Positions 10,532 through 19,659 of a DNA stretch of 64,000 nucleotides are shown one piece after another; position 1 is the first letter of the stretch; each line of letters starts with the position of its first letter. Under the pieces are notes generated by a model. It was given only the letters and a program-made list of their open reading frames with translations. It did not search any database and was not told the origin of the DNA. The stretch comes from Candidatus Forterrea multitransposorum CG_2015-17_Forterrea_25_41 (lineage in GTDB: Archaea; Iainarchaeota; Iainarchaeia; Iainarchaeales; CSSED10-239). Both the position numbers and the translations under genes were made by a program. Location: assembly GCA_009392915.1 (NCBI GenBank), contig CP045477.1, positions 320,001 through 384,000 of the forward strand. The letters run 5' to 3'.

Positions 10532-11086
10532 ATGTATTCTTTATTATTCTTAACAATTTATGTTTTAATCTATTATTTTATTATTTATAAGAAAACTAAA
10601 CATTTAGATCTTACAAAAGAAACTATTGAAATGTTTAAAACTGATTTTGCAACTTCTCTTTATATTTCTATTTTTTATTTAGTTTTACTGGTTTCTTTAG
10701 TTTATTATGTTTTCTTTACAAATTTTTTTAAATTAGAAATGTTAGATATTCTTGGTGTTTTTTTAATTATTTTTTCAGGAATAATTGAATATCATGGAAT
10801 AATTAGTTTAAAAGATAATTATTATCCTCAAGTTGGTATGGAAAAATATTTAGTAACTAATGGTATTTTTAAGTATATAAGACATCCAATTTACTTATCA
10901 GGAATTTTTTTAGGAACTGGCATTATTATTCTTTTTTCAAAGGATATTTTTATTTATTTATTTATAATAATAATTATAACTATTATTTATAAAGTAGAAT
11001 CTGAAGAAAAATATTTACTTAAAAGATTTAAAGATTATAAAAAATATACTAAAAAAAGTTATAAGTTAATACCTTATATTTACTAA
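10532..11086 (+). CDS. Isoprenylcysteine carboxyl methyltransferase-family membrane methyltransferase
   Basis: 'IRHPIYLSGIFLGTG' RHPxY motif of the ICMT/PEMT family; 184 aa; multi-TM. Confidence 0.6.
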   Translation: MYSLLFLTIYVLIYYFIIYKKTKHLDLTKETIEMFKTDFATSLYISIFYLVLLVSLVYYVFFTNFFKLEMLDILGVFLIIFSGIIEYHGIISLKDNYYPQVGMEKYLVTNGIFKYIRHPIYLSGIFLGTGIIILFSKDIFIYLFIIIIITIIYKVESEEKYLLKRFKDYKKYTKKSYKLIPYIY

Positions 11087-11153
11087 AAAAGAAAGTATTT
11101 AATAGTAGTTTATACTTAAATATCTATATTTTGAATATTAATGTGATATAACT

Positions 11154-12149
11154 ATGATAGAAACTTATAAAGATTTTAAAAAATATGTTGCAATTGCTAT
11201 AATATTGATTCTTTTTATTTTTATGGTAAAATATCTTTGGCCACATGTTAATGGTTTTTTAGGTGCTTTTATTTTATTTGCTTTATTTTTACCATTACAT
11301 TTATTTTTAACTAAAAAGCTTAATTTTAATAAAAATTTATCTGCAGTTTTAATAATTATTTTAACTTTGTTAATTGTGATTATTCCAAGTTATTTTATAG
11401 TTACTGAATCATATAATCAAGTAAAACAAATAACTTTAGAAAAAAATAAAATAATTTCAGAAATAAGTAAATTTGAAGAAAATTTTCCAGGACTTGAAAT
11501 TTCAGATAAAGTAAATGAATATCTTCCAAGTTTTGCTAATTGGAGTGCAGATGTTTTGTTTAAAAGTATTAATAATGTCATAAAAACTATTATTACTTTA
11601 ATTATAATGTATTTTATTTTATTCTATTTACTTGTATATAATTCTCAATTATATAAAGTACTAAGAGAATATCTTCCATTTAGTTCTAAAAATTCAATAA
11701 TTCTTGCAAAAGAATTTAAAAAAGTAACTTATGCAACTTTAATTTCCACTGGTCTTGTAGCAATTTTCCAAGGGTTATTATTAGGTTTAGGTTTCTGGGC
11801 ACTTAATATTAAGGGTGCTATATTTTGGGGATTTTTAGCAGCAATATTATCTTTCTTACCAGTATTAGGTATTCCTTTAATCTGGGTACCTTATGGTGTT
11901 GTGTATTTAATAAAGCATGATTATTTTACAGCTATTGCAATATTAATTTTAGGACTTATTATTAATTATTCTGAATTCTTTATAAGACCATATCTTCAAA
12001 AAAGAATAGGAGATTTACATCCTTTAGTTTCAATTATTGGAATATTTATTGGAATTCCTGCTTTTGGTTTTGTGGGTATTGTTATTGGTCCTTTAATCAT
12101 TTCTTATTTTGTATTAATATTTAGAATGTTTAAAGATGAATATTTATAA
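11154..12149 (+). CDS. AI-2E family transporter (UPF0118/PerM-like)
   Basis: 331 aa, 8 TM. Conserved 'FLPVLGIPLIWVPYGVVYL' region typical of AI-2E. Confidence 0.6.
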   Translation: MIETYKDFKKYVAIAIILILFIFMVKYLWPHVNGFLGAFILFALFLPLHLFLTKKLNFNKNLSAVLIIILTLLIVIIPSYFIVTESYNQVKQITLEKNKIISEISKFEENFPGLEISDKVNEYLPSFANWSADVLFKSINNVIKTIITLIIMYFILFYLLVYNSQLYKVLREYLPFSSKNSIILAKEFKKVTYATLISTGLVAIFQGLLLGLGFWALNIKGAIFWGFLAAILSFLPVLGIPLIWVPYGVVYLIKHDYFTAIAILILGLIINYSEFFIRPYLQKRIGDLHPLVSIIGIFIGIPAFGFVGIVIGPLIISYFVLIFRMFKDEYL

Positions 12150-12172
12150 AATAAAAGAAAAATAAAGAATAA

Positions 12173-12775
12173 TTATTTCTTTATTTTTTTAGTTGTTTTT
12201 TTCTTTTTAGAAACTACTTTTTTAGTTTTTGGTTTAGTAGTAGTTTTCTTTTTAGTCATTGGTTTTTCTTTCTTTGCAGATACTTTTTCTTTTTTACTAG
12301 GTTTATCAACCCATGCAACAATACCTAAAACAATTAAGTTTGCAAGGCTTACTAAAGTTAATAAACTTAAAGCACCGTGATAATTTCTTTTTTCAAATAT
12401 TTTCCAAATCCAGTATGTTCTAAAAGACACTAATATTAAAGTTCCAATTAAAATAAGTAAAGATAAAAACATATTTATAAATGGAATTAGTGTAAATGGA
12501 AGGAAAAGTAAAGGTGCAACTATTGGAAGTAAAGCAATAAAACCCCATTCCCATCTTTCTTCAGCTAAAATTGGATAAAGAAAGTATTGTCCTATTGGTA
12601 TCCATGCAAGAAAAGCATATTTAGAGTTTAATTTTTTTGCAATTGTATATAATGCAAATGCTTTATATAAAAATACTGCTAATAAAATTATTATTGCAAA
12701 ATAAAACATAAACACTAATAAAGAACCAAACCCTAAACCAAAAAGAGTTCCAGTTAGTAATTCATCAGTAATCAT
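12173..12775 (-). CDS. Membrane protein with lysine-rich C-terminal tail
   Basis: 200 aa; 5 TM; C-terminal 'KKKTTTKPKTKKVVSKKKKTTKKIKK'. Confidence 0.4.
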   Translation of the reverse strand: MITDELLTGTLFGLGFGSLLVFMFYFAIIILLAVFLYKAFALYTIAKKLNSKYAFLAWIPIGQYFLYPILAEERWEWGFIALLPIVAPLLFLPFTLIPFINMFLSLLILIGTLILVSFRTYWIWKIFEKRNYHGALSLLTLVSLANLIVLGIVAWVDKPSKKEKVSAKKEKPMTKKKTTTKPKTKKVVSKKKKTTKKIKK

Positions 12776-12861
12776 TTTAAATACTCTCCTATATAATTAA
12801 TATATAGTTATTATACTAAAGTATTTATAAATATTTTCTTTAAGTTTAAAAGTGTAAAAAT

Positions 12862-14106
12862 ATGAAAAAACCAATTATTTTAAGCCCAGTTGGAAACTGG
12901 GATATGTTAGTTTCTGCAATTGATGCAGGATGTAATGCTGTTTATTTAGGTATTAAAGGCATAAACATGAGAGAGAGAGCACAAAATTTTACTTTACAAA
13001 ATATAGGTAAAGTTATTAAGTATTCTCATGAAAGAAATGTTGAAGTTTATTTAACATTAAACACAATAATTTTTGATAAAGAAATTAATAAAGTAAAAAA
13101 AATATTAAAAAAAGTTAAAGAATTAAAAATTGATGGAGTGATTGCTTGGGATCTTGCAGTTATAAAACTTGCAAGAGAATATAAAGTTCCAGTTCATTTA
13201 AGCACACAAGCAAGTGTTTCAAATATTGAAGCAATTAAACAATATTATGATTTAGGTGTAAGAAGATTTGTTCTTGCAAGAGAATTAACTTTGGAAGATA
13301 TTAAAAAAATTGTAAAAAATGCAAAAAAAATAGATCCTAAAATTGAAATTGAAATATTTATTCATGGTGCAATGTGTGTTTCTGTTAGTGGAAGATGTTT
13401 TATGTCTCAATTTTTATATGGAGATAAGACTTCTGCAAATAGAGGTAAATGTATTCAACCTTGTAGACGAAAATATTTAGTTTTAGATCCTGAAACTAAA
13501 AAAGAACTTTTAGTTGAAAATAATTATGTTATGAGTCCAAAAGACATGAACACTATTTTATTTATAGATCAATTAATAAAAGCAGGAATTGATGTCTTTA
13601 AAATTGAAGGAAGAATTAAAGGTGCAGAGTATGTTAAAATAGTCACTGAATGTTATAAAGAAGCTATTGATTTATATTTTAAAAAGAAATTAACTTTAAA
13701 TAAAAAGAAAGAACTATATGAAAAATTAGATTCTGTTTATAATAGAGGTTTTTCAGATGGATTCTATCATGGAAAACCAATTAATCAATGGGCTGAACAA
13801 TATGGTAATAAATCAGAAACTAAAAAAACATATATTGGGAAAGTTACTAAGATTTTTAAAAAAATTAATGTTGCAGAAGTTAAAATTGAAGGAACTAAAC
13901 TTAAATTAAATGATAATATTTTATTTATTGGAGAAAAAACAGGTGTTATTGAGCAAAAAATAAATAGTATGCAAAAAGATGTAAATCATCCTTTAACTAT
14001 TGCAAAAAAAGGAGATTTAATTGGAATTAAAATAAATTCAAATAAACTTCCTTATAAAAACGATAAAGTTTATATTTTTCAAAAAGATAAACTTATAAAT
14101 AGTTAA
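12862..14106 (+). CDS. Peptidase U32 family protein
   Basis: U32 signature 'EIFIHGAMCVSVSGRCFMS' (E-x-F-x2-G-[SA]-[LIVM]-C-x4-G-x-C); 414 aa. Confidence 0.85.
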   Translation: MKKPIILSPVGNWDMLVSAIDAGCNAVYLGIKGINMRERAQNFTLQNIGKVIKYSHERNVEVYLTLNTIIFDKEINKVKKILKKVKELKIDGVIAWDLAVIKLAREYKVPVHLSTQASVSNIEAIKQYYDLGVRRFVLARELTLEDIKKIVKNAKKIDPKIEIEIFIHGAMCVSVSGRCFMSQFLYGDKTSANRGKCIQPCRRKYLVLDPETKKELLVENNYVMSPKDMNTILFIDQLIKAGIDVFKIEGRIKGAEYVKIVTECYKEAIDLYFKKKLTLNKKKELYEKLDSVYNRGFSDGFYHGKPINQWAEQYGNKSETKKTYIGKVTKIFKKINVAEVKIEGTKLKLNDNILFIGEKTGVIEQKINSMQKDVNHPLTIAKKGDLIGIKINSNKLPYKNDKVYIFQKDKLINS

Positions 14107-14205
14107 ATTAATAATATATAAATATAATTTTATTAAAAAATGTGATTAGATATTAAAAAAGAAAAAAATATTTCCTTACCTAAAAAAACATTACTTGGAA
14201 TTCAG

Positions 14206-15345
14206 ATGTTATTTGTTGCTTTTGGTGCAACTGTTCTAGTTCCACTTTTAATTGGTATTGATCCTTCTGTTGCTTTATTTACAGCTGGACTTGGAACTTT
14301 AATATTTCATTTAATTACTGGTGGTATTGTACCTATATTTTTAGGAAGTTCTTTTGTTTTTATCGTACCAATTATTGCAGCAACACAGCTATATGGTTAT
14401 TCAGGGGCATTGAGTGGACTTATTGCTGTAGGTTTAGTTTTTATAATTGTATCTTTAATTATTAGAAAAAAAGGTATTGTTTTTATTAAAAAAATATTTC
14501 CTCCAATTGTTGTGGGGCCTGTAATTATGGTTATAGGACTTTCACTTTCTTCAACTGCAGTTGAAATGTCTTCTCATAATTGGATTCTTGCAAGTATAAC
14601 TTTAATTACAGCAATTATTATTTCTATTTTTGGAAGAAGAACAATTAAATTACTTCCAATTATTGGAAGTATAATTTTTACATATATTATAGCAATGATA
14701 TTTGGCATGGTTGATTATTCAAGTATTATTAGTGCTAGTTGGATATCTCTTCCAAACTTTATAACACCAACTTTTAGTCTAGGCGCAATTCTTTTAATTA
14801 TCCCAGTTGCAATAGCTCCAATGATTGAACATGTAGGAGATATGTATGCAATAAGCAAAGCTACAGGAAAAGATTTTATTAAAAAACCAGGAATTCATAA
14901 AACAATGCTTGGAGATGGTCTTACAACTATTATTGCAGCTTTATTTGGTGGTCCTCCAAACACAACATATTCAGAAGTTACAGGTGCAATTGTTTTAACA
15001 AAATTAAAAGATCCTATGATTTTAAGAATTTCTGCAATTACAGCAATATGTTTTGCATTTATAGGAAAAATAAGTGGTTTTTTGCAAACAATTCCAGATT
15101 CAATATTAGGTGGAACTTTAATATTATTATTTGGGATGATTACAATTGTAGGTATAAAATCAATTGTTGAATCAACAACAAATCTTAATAAAACAAAAAA
15201 TATGATAATAGCAGGGGTTATGCTTACAATTGGTGTTGGTGGAGCTGTAATTTCTTCAGGCACATTTTCAATTGAAGGTGTAGGTCTTGCATCAATTGTA
15301 GGAATTGTTTTAAATTTAGTTTTACCAGAAAAAGAAATTATTTAG
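14206..15345 (+). CDS. Nucleobase:cation symporter-2 (uracil/xanthine permease)
   Basis: 'MLFVAFGATVLVPLLIG' matches the UraA N-terminal 'QHLFAMFGATVLVP'. The upstream in-frame 'LPKKTLLGIQ' also matches UraA, so the true start may be a non-ATG codon near 14146-14170. Confidence 0.7.
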   Translation: MLFVAFGATVLVPLLIGIDPSVALFTAGLGTLIFHLITGGIVPIFLGSSFVFIVPIIAATQLYGYSGALSGLIAVGLVFIIVSLIIRKKGIVFIKKIFPPIVVGPVIMVIGLSLSSTAVEMSSHNWILASITLITAIIISIFGRRTIKLLPIIGSIIFTYIIAMIFGMVDYSSIISASWISLPNFITPTFSLGAILLIIPVAIAPMIEHVGDMYAISKATGKDFIKKPGIHKTMLGDGLTTIIAALFGGPPNTTYSEVTGAIVLTKLKDPMILRISAITAICFAFIGKISGFLQTIPDSILGGTLILLFGMITIVGIKSIVESTTNLNKTKNMIIAGVMLTIGVGGAVISSGTFSIEGVGLASIVGIVLNLVLPEKEII

Positions 15346-16048
15346 GTTTTTTAAATTTTAAAAGATTAGGTATTTTTTTAAAAGATAAAGAATTCTTTTT
15401 TTCTTTTAAGTGATTTGACAATAATCTTTTAACTCTTTCTTTATTTGGATTTAAGTCTCCAAGTTTAGTAAAATATCTATCCCTTATTTTACCATTTATT
15501 GTAATCAATCTATCGATTTTTAAAACTGTTTCTTGAATTTCAATATTTGCTTTCTGATATTGAATTCTTTCTAAAACTAAACTTTTTAATTTAGCTTTGT
15601 CTTTTTCTTTTTTTATTTTCTCTTCTAGTTTTTTTATTATTTTTAAATTTGTTTCTAATTGCTTTTTTTTATTTTTAATATAATTTTTATTATATTCATT
15701 TTGTAAAGAAACTGGATCATATACTATTTTTTTTCCAGTCTTTAGTGAAGCTTTAATAAAAGAATCTAATATTATTTCATAAAAAGGTTTTTCTAAGTTT
15801 TTATAATTAAAATTATTTTCTTCTTGTTTTACACCTTGTATAAAATTAATAATTATTTTATTAGATGTTGGTGAATTAGTGTAATTAATAAGTCCAAGAG
15901 GATTATTTTTATGATATAATACTAGTATTGGAGAATAAAGTTTAGATTTATAAACAAATCCATCAGGAAAAACCCAATAACTTTTTTTTCTAAAATAAAA
16001 ATCATTACTGGGTTTATTTTTTAATAGATCTAAAAATATATTATTCAT
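15338..16048 (-). CDS. Hypothetical protein
   Basis: 236-aa ORF; overlaps the permease stop by 8 nt on the opposite strand. Confidence 0.3.
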   Translation of the reverse strand: MNNIFLDLLKNKPSNDFYFRKKSYWVFPDGFVYKSKLYSPILVLYHKNNPLGLINYTNSPTSNKIIINFIQGVKQEENNFNYKNLEKPFYEIILDSFIKASLKTGKKIVYDPVSLQNEYNKNYIKNKKKQLETNLKIIKKLEEKIKKEKDKAKLKSLVLERIQYQKANIEIQETVLKIDRLITINGKIRDRYFTKLGDLNPNKERVKRLLSNHLKEKKNSLSFKKIPNLLKFKKPK

Positions 16049-16057
16049 ATTTAAAAA

Positions 16058-17248
16058 CTATATAAATCCTCTTACAATTACAACAGGAGTATTAGAATCT
16101 GCAGAACCAGAAACTAAGTCTGCTAAAGATGAAACTAAATTTTCTATTTTTCTAGGTGTAGTTCCTTGAGCTGAAAAAGAATCTTTTTTTTGCTCTCTTA
16201 CAAATTTTTCTTTTTCTTCTTCAATAATTTTTGAAATCTCTTCTTTACTTTTTCCATCATTATATAATTTTTGCATTAAAAATTTAGTTTTAACACCTAT
16301 TCTGTTTCTATTCTTTATTCCAGGAGTAACACCAAAAGCAGAAACAGGATCTGCAAGTTCATATATTCCTGATTCAGGATCTTTATAAGCTCCATCACCA
16401 TAAATAATTACTTCTACATCTTTAGAAAATTCTTCTTTAATCATCTTTTGAACATCAAGACAAACTAAATCTCCATTTTTTGGAGCTAATTTTATTTTTT
16501 CATTTTCAGGATCTAAAATATTTGAACCTAATAAACCATATTCAGAATAAGCTTCTTTTTGTGAATCACTACAAATATTTTGAAGAGTAATAACATTTTG
16601 ATATTCTCTTTTCTTAATTGCATTTAAAGTATCGTTTCTATGATGTACATTTGATACAATTATTCCATCTGGTTTTTTATCAACTAAATATCTAGTAGAA
16701 TTTGCAAGATAAATCTCAACATCACAACCTTCTTTTTTAACAATAGATTCATAGAATGCAATATAGTCAAGTCCAGTTTCTGGATGTAAAAACCTATCTT
16801 TTCCGATTTCTTCAGTTGTTATTTTATCCTCAAAAGTTTTATCTAACTTATGTAACATTTTACTATCAGTGATTGGATTTCCTTGTTCATCATCAGGAAA
16901 CTTAAGTTGAATTATTATTTTTCCTTTAGGAACTGTTTTTGCAATTCCTTTTAATATCATTGAAAATCTATTTCTTGAAAGAATAGGATAAATTATTCCA
17001 ATAGTTGAATCTTCTTTAAGATTTAATTTTTCTTTAATTTCTTTTGAAACATCGTTTAAATAGACATAGTTTTTTTGAGTTATTGCAACAACTGCTTCAG
17101 TCATACAAACAATATCTCCATTGTCTATTAAATCTTTTTCTTTTTTTAAAGAATTTTTAACAACATCAACCATATTATCTTCAAAAGTTATAATTCCTGT
17201 TTTAACACCAAAAGCTATAACTCCTAAATTACTTCTATTTAATTCCAT
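16058..17248 (-). CDS. CofE-like protein (F420-0:gamma-glutamyl ligase family, COG1478)
   Basis: N-terminal 'GDIVCMTEAVVAITQ' and C-terminal 'SGSADSNTPVVIVRGF' resemble the CofE hallmarks 'GD..VVtqKivSKaEG' and 'GkadegvPvvlvRG'. At 396 aa it is longer than the canonical ~250 aa. Confidence 0.45.
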   Translation of the reverse strand: MELNRSNLGVIAFGVKTGIITFEDNMVDVVKNSLKKEKDLIDNGDIVCMTEAVVAITQKNYVYLNDVSKEIKEKLNLKEDSTIGIIYPILSRNRFSMILKGIAKTVPKGKIIIQLKFPDDEQGNPITDSKMLHKLDKTFEDKITTEEIGKDRFLHPETGLDYIAFYESIVKKEGCDVEIYLANSTRYLVDKKPDGIIVSNVHHRNDTLNAIKKREYQNVITLQNICSDSQKEAYSEYGLLGSNILDPENEKIKLAPKNGDLVCLDVQKMIKEEFSKDVEVIIYGDGAYKDPESGIYELADPVSAFGVTPGIKNRNRIGVKTKFLMQKLYNDGKSKEEISKIIEEEKEKFVREQKKDSFSAQGTTPRKIENLVSSLADLVSGSADSNTPVVIVRGFI

Positions 17249-17333
17249 AAGATTTTCTCCACCTACATTTTTTAATAATATTAATTAAATACATGTAGAT
17301 GGATATCTTAATAAATCTTTTCTTAGAAAAAAA

Positions 17334-17903
17334 TTATTTAAATTTTCCTTCAATTACAATTTCTGAAAGTTCTTTTCTTGAAGAAACAATTTCTTTATCT
17401 TGAAGTTCTACTGGTAAATCTTCAATCTTTCCTTTATTACCTATAGCTAACATTGCAAGTACATGATAATTTTCTGGAATTTCTAAGTTTTCTCTTATTT
17501 TTTTATAATCAAAACCAGACATAGCATGTCCAACAAGTCCTAAATCTTTTGCTTGAAGAGCCATATTTTGCATTGCAGCTCCAGAATCAAATATATTTAT
17601 TATTTCTTCTTTATCATTAAACATTTTATCTGCAATTACAAGAATAATAACAGATGCATTTTTAACCCAAGATTTATTAAAATCAACTAAGCTTTCAAAA
17701 AATAAATCCCATTCTTTTGTTTCTCTTTTTGCATATAAAAATTTCCATGGTTGATAATTATATGCTGAAGGAGCATATCTTCCTGCTTCTAATATTGCAA
17801 AAAGATCATTATTTTCAATAGTTTCTCCATTCATAGCTCTAGGAGAAGTTCTATTTAATATTAATTTGTTAACATTATATTCTGATTTTCTTTCTGATGA
17901 CAT
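17334..17903 (-). CDS. Nitroreductase-family protein
   Basis: 'RTSPRAMNGETIENNDLFAILEAGRYAPSAYNYQPWKF' is the nitroreductase N-terminal FMN-binding pattern. Confidence 0.75.
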   Translation of the reverse strand: MSSERKSEYNVNKLILNRTSPRAMNGETIENNDLFAILEAGRYAPSAYNYQPWKFLYAKRETKEWDLFFESLVDFNKSWVKNASVIILVIADKMFNDKEEIINIFDSGAAMQNMALQAKDLGLVGHAMSGFDYKKIRENLEIPENYHVLAMLAIGNKGKIEDLPVELQDKEIVSSRKELSEIVIEGKFK

Positions 17904-18183
17904 GTATATTACACCTCTTTATTTTTTTTATAAATTTTATTTATTTTTAAGAAAAAATAAATTATAGAAATAGCTATATATTTAGGTACAGAAGTATATT
18001 TATATGTATTTATTTTCATATATTGTTCAATTAAATAAATATATCCTCATTAACCCTCAATTCTTAACAAAATAATAACTTTTAAGTTTTTTTACCAATA
18101 TCTTTTTAAAGATTTCCAACTACATTTTTTTATCATTTTTAAAAAATAATTGTGAAATTAGAAAAAATAGGTTGTGATAAGAA

Positions 18184-18471
18184 ATGTTATATAAATATTG
18201 TTCAAATTGTTTTTCAATAGATGTTAAATATCTTCCTGCTGAAAAAAAATATCATTGTTTAAAATGTAATTTTAAGGGAGAATTTAAAGAAGATTCAATA
18301 GATAAGATAAATAATTATAAAAAACAAGGTAGTACTGTTATTCAAAGAGATACATTTATTGAAGCAAAAAAAGAAGTTGCGTCAGACACTGAAGAATTCG
18401 ATTCAATTGATGATAAAATAAAAAGTAAGTTTGGTGAAAAATCTAAAAATTCAGATTGGGAACTTTTATAA
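18184..18471 (+). CDS. Zinc-ribbon protein with acidic C-terminus
   Basis: CxxC...CxxC ('CSNCF...CLKCNF') in the first 30 aa; 95 aa. Confidence 0.4.
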   Translation: MLYKYCSNCFSIDVKYLPAEKKYHCLKCNFKGEFKEDSIDKINNYKKQGSTVIQRDTFIEAKKEVASDTEEFDSIDDKIKSKFGEKSKNSDWELL

Positions 18472-18501
18472 GTTTCTTTTCTACTTTTTTTATTTTAAAA
18501 A

Positions 18502-19347
18502 TTATAATTTTTCATAAATTTCTTTTAAAAAAAGTGCATCTTCTACAATTTCTGGAGATTCACAAATAACAGTTCCTGTAGTTTTATTATCTTTTAAATT
18601 TGCTAAAATTTCTTTATAAGGCAAGTCTGCTTCTCTAAAAGGAAGATGATGTTTTTCTCCTTTTTCACCATAGGCAATACCAGACATATGCATATGAAGA
18701 TTTTTAAAAAATTCAGGATAACTTTTTAATTTTTCAAAAAATAAAGATACATTTTTTTTATCTTTAAAATAACCATTTTCTCTTGCATGTTGATGTGCAA
18801 AATCAATAACTGGTTTTACAAATTTAGGATGTTTGTCAATAAAATAAAATATTTCATCAATTGAACCTACTTGTGTTTTTTTACCTGTAAGTTCAATACC
18901 AAGTTTTGTATCTCCTTTATATTTATCTTCAATTAAAGAAATTTGATGAGATATGTTTTCTAAAACTTTTTTAGGTTCTTGTTTTAAAAAATATCCAATA
19001 TGGCAAACAATTGTTTTTGCACCAATTTCATGTCCAACATTTAAGGAATCTAAAATATATCTGTGAGAATTAATTATTTTATGTTCTTCAATAGCATTAA
19101 GGTTTATAAAATAAGGAGCATGTATACTTAAACTAACATTACTATTAATTGCATTATTCTTAATTTCTTCTTTTTTTTCAGGAACACTATTCTTTAAATA
19201 AACAGATCTTACAAATTCAATTTCCATTGCGCTAAGACCTATTTTGGAAACTTCTAAAATAGCATCTGCAGTTGGATTTTTACTATTTTTTGGAATTTCT
19301 AATATTGTTCCTCCAAAACCAGCAGGTCCAAAATTTAATTTATTCAT
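18502..19347 (-). CDS. nfo: Endonuclease IV (AP endonuclease, TIM-barrel)
   Basis: 'HAPYFINLNA' matches the Endo IV 'HAPYLINLA' motif; 281 aa; His/Glu-rich metal ligands ('HMHMSG', 'VCHIG'). Confidence 0.65.
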   Translation of the reverse strand: MNKLNFGPAGFGGTILEIPKNSKNPTADAILEVSKIGLSAMEIEFVRSVYLKNSVPEKKEEIKNNAINSNVSLSIHAPYFINLNAIEEHKIINSHRYILDSLNVGHEIGAKTIVCHIGYFLKQEPKKVLENISHQISLIEDKYKGDTKLGIELTGKKTQVGSIDEIFYFIDKHPKFVKPVIDFAHQHARENGYFKDKKNVSLFFEKLKSYPEFFKNLHMHMSGIAYGEKGEKHHLPFREADLPYKEILANLKDNKTTGTVICESPEIVEDALFLKEIYEKL

Positions 19348-19535
19348 TCTTCTTCAATAGTTATGCATTGTACAGGGCAAACATCTGCAGCTTGTTTGTT
19401 ACATCCAACTTCTTTAACTTCTGTCTTTATAGGCTTTGGTTTTTCTCCTTGAAATTTCCAATTATCAGCACAAACAGAAACACAAGCTCCGCAACCAATA
19501 CAAGCAGAATAATCTTGTTTAATTTTTACAACCAT
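19344..19535 (-). CDS. 4Fe-4S ferredoxin
   Basis: 'CIGCGACVSVC' (CxxCxxCxxxC) plus a second Cys group 'CNKQAADVCPVQC'; 63 aa. Its stop overlaps the nfo start by 4 nt. Confidence 0.7.
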   Translation of the reverse strand: MVVKIKQDYSACIGCGACVSVCADNWKFQGEKPKPIKTEVKEVGCNKQAADVCPVQCITIEEE

Positions 19536-19659
19536 TTTAAAATTACCTCACATATTTTTTTTTAAATATACAATAAAATAATAAATAAACACATATAAAA
19601 ATATATCTATATACAATTTTAATATATATTTTTAAAAAACAAATAAATTAAGAAATTTT

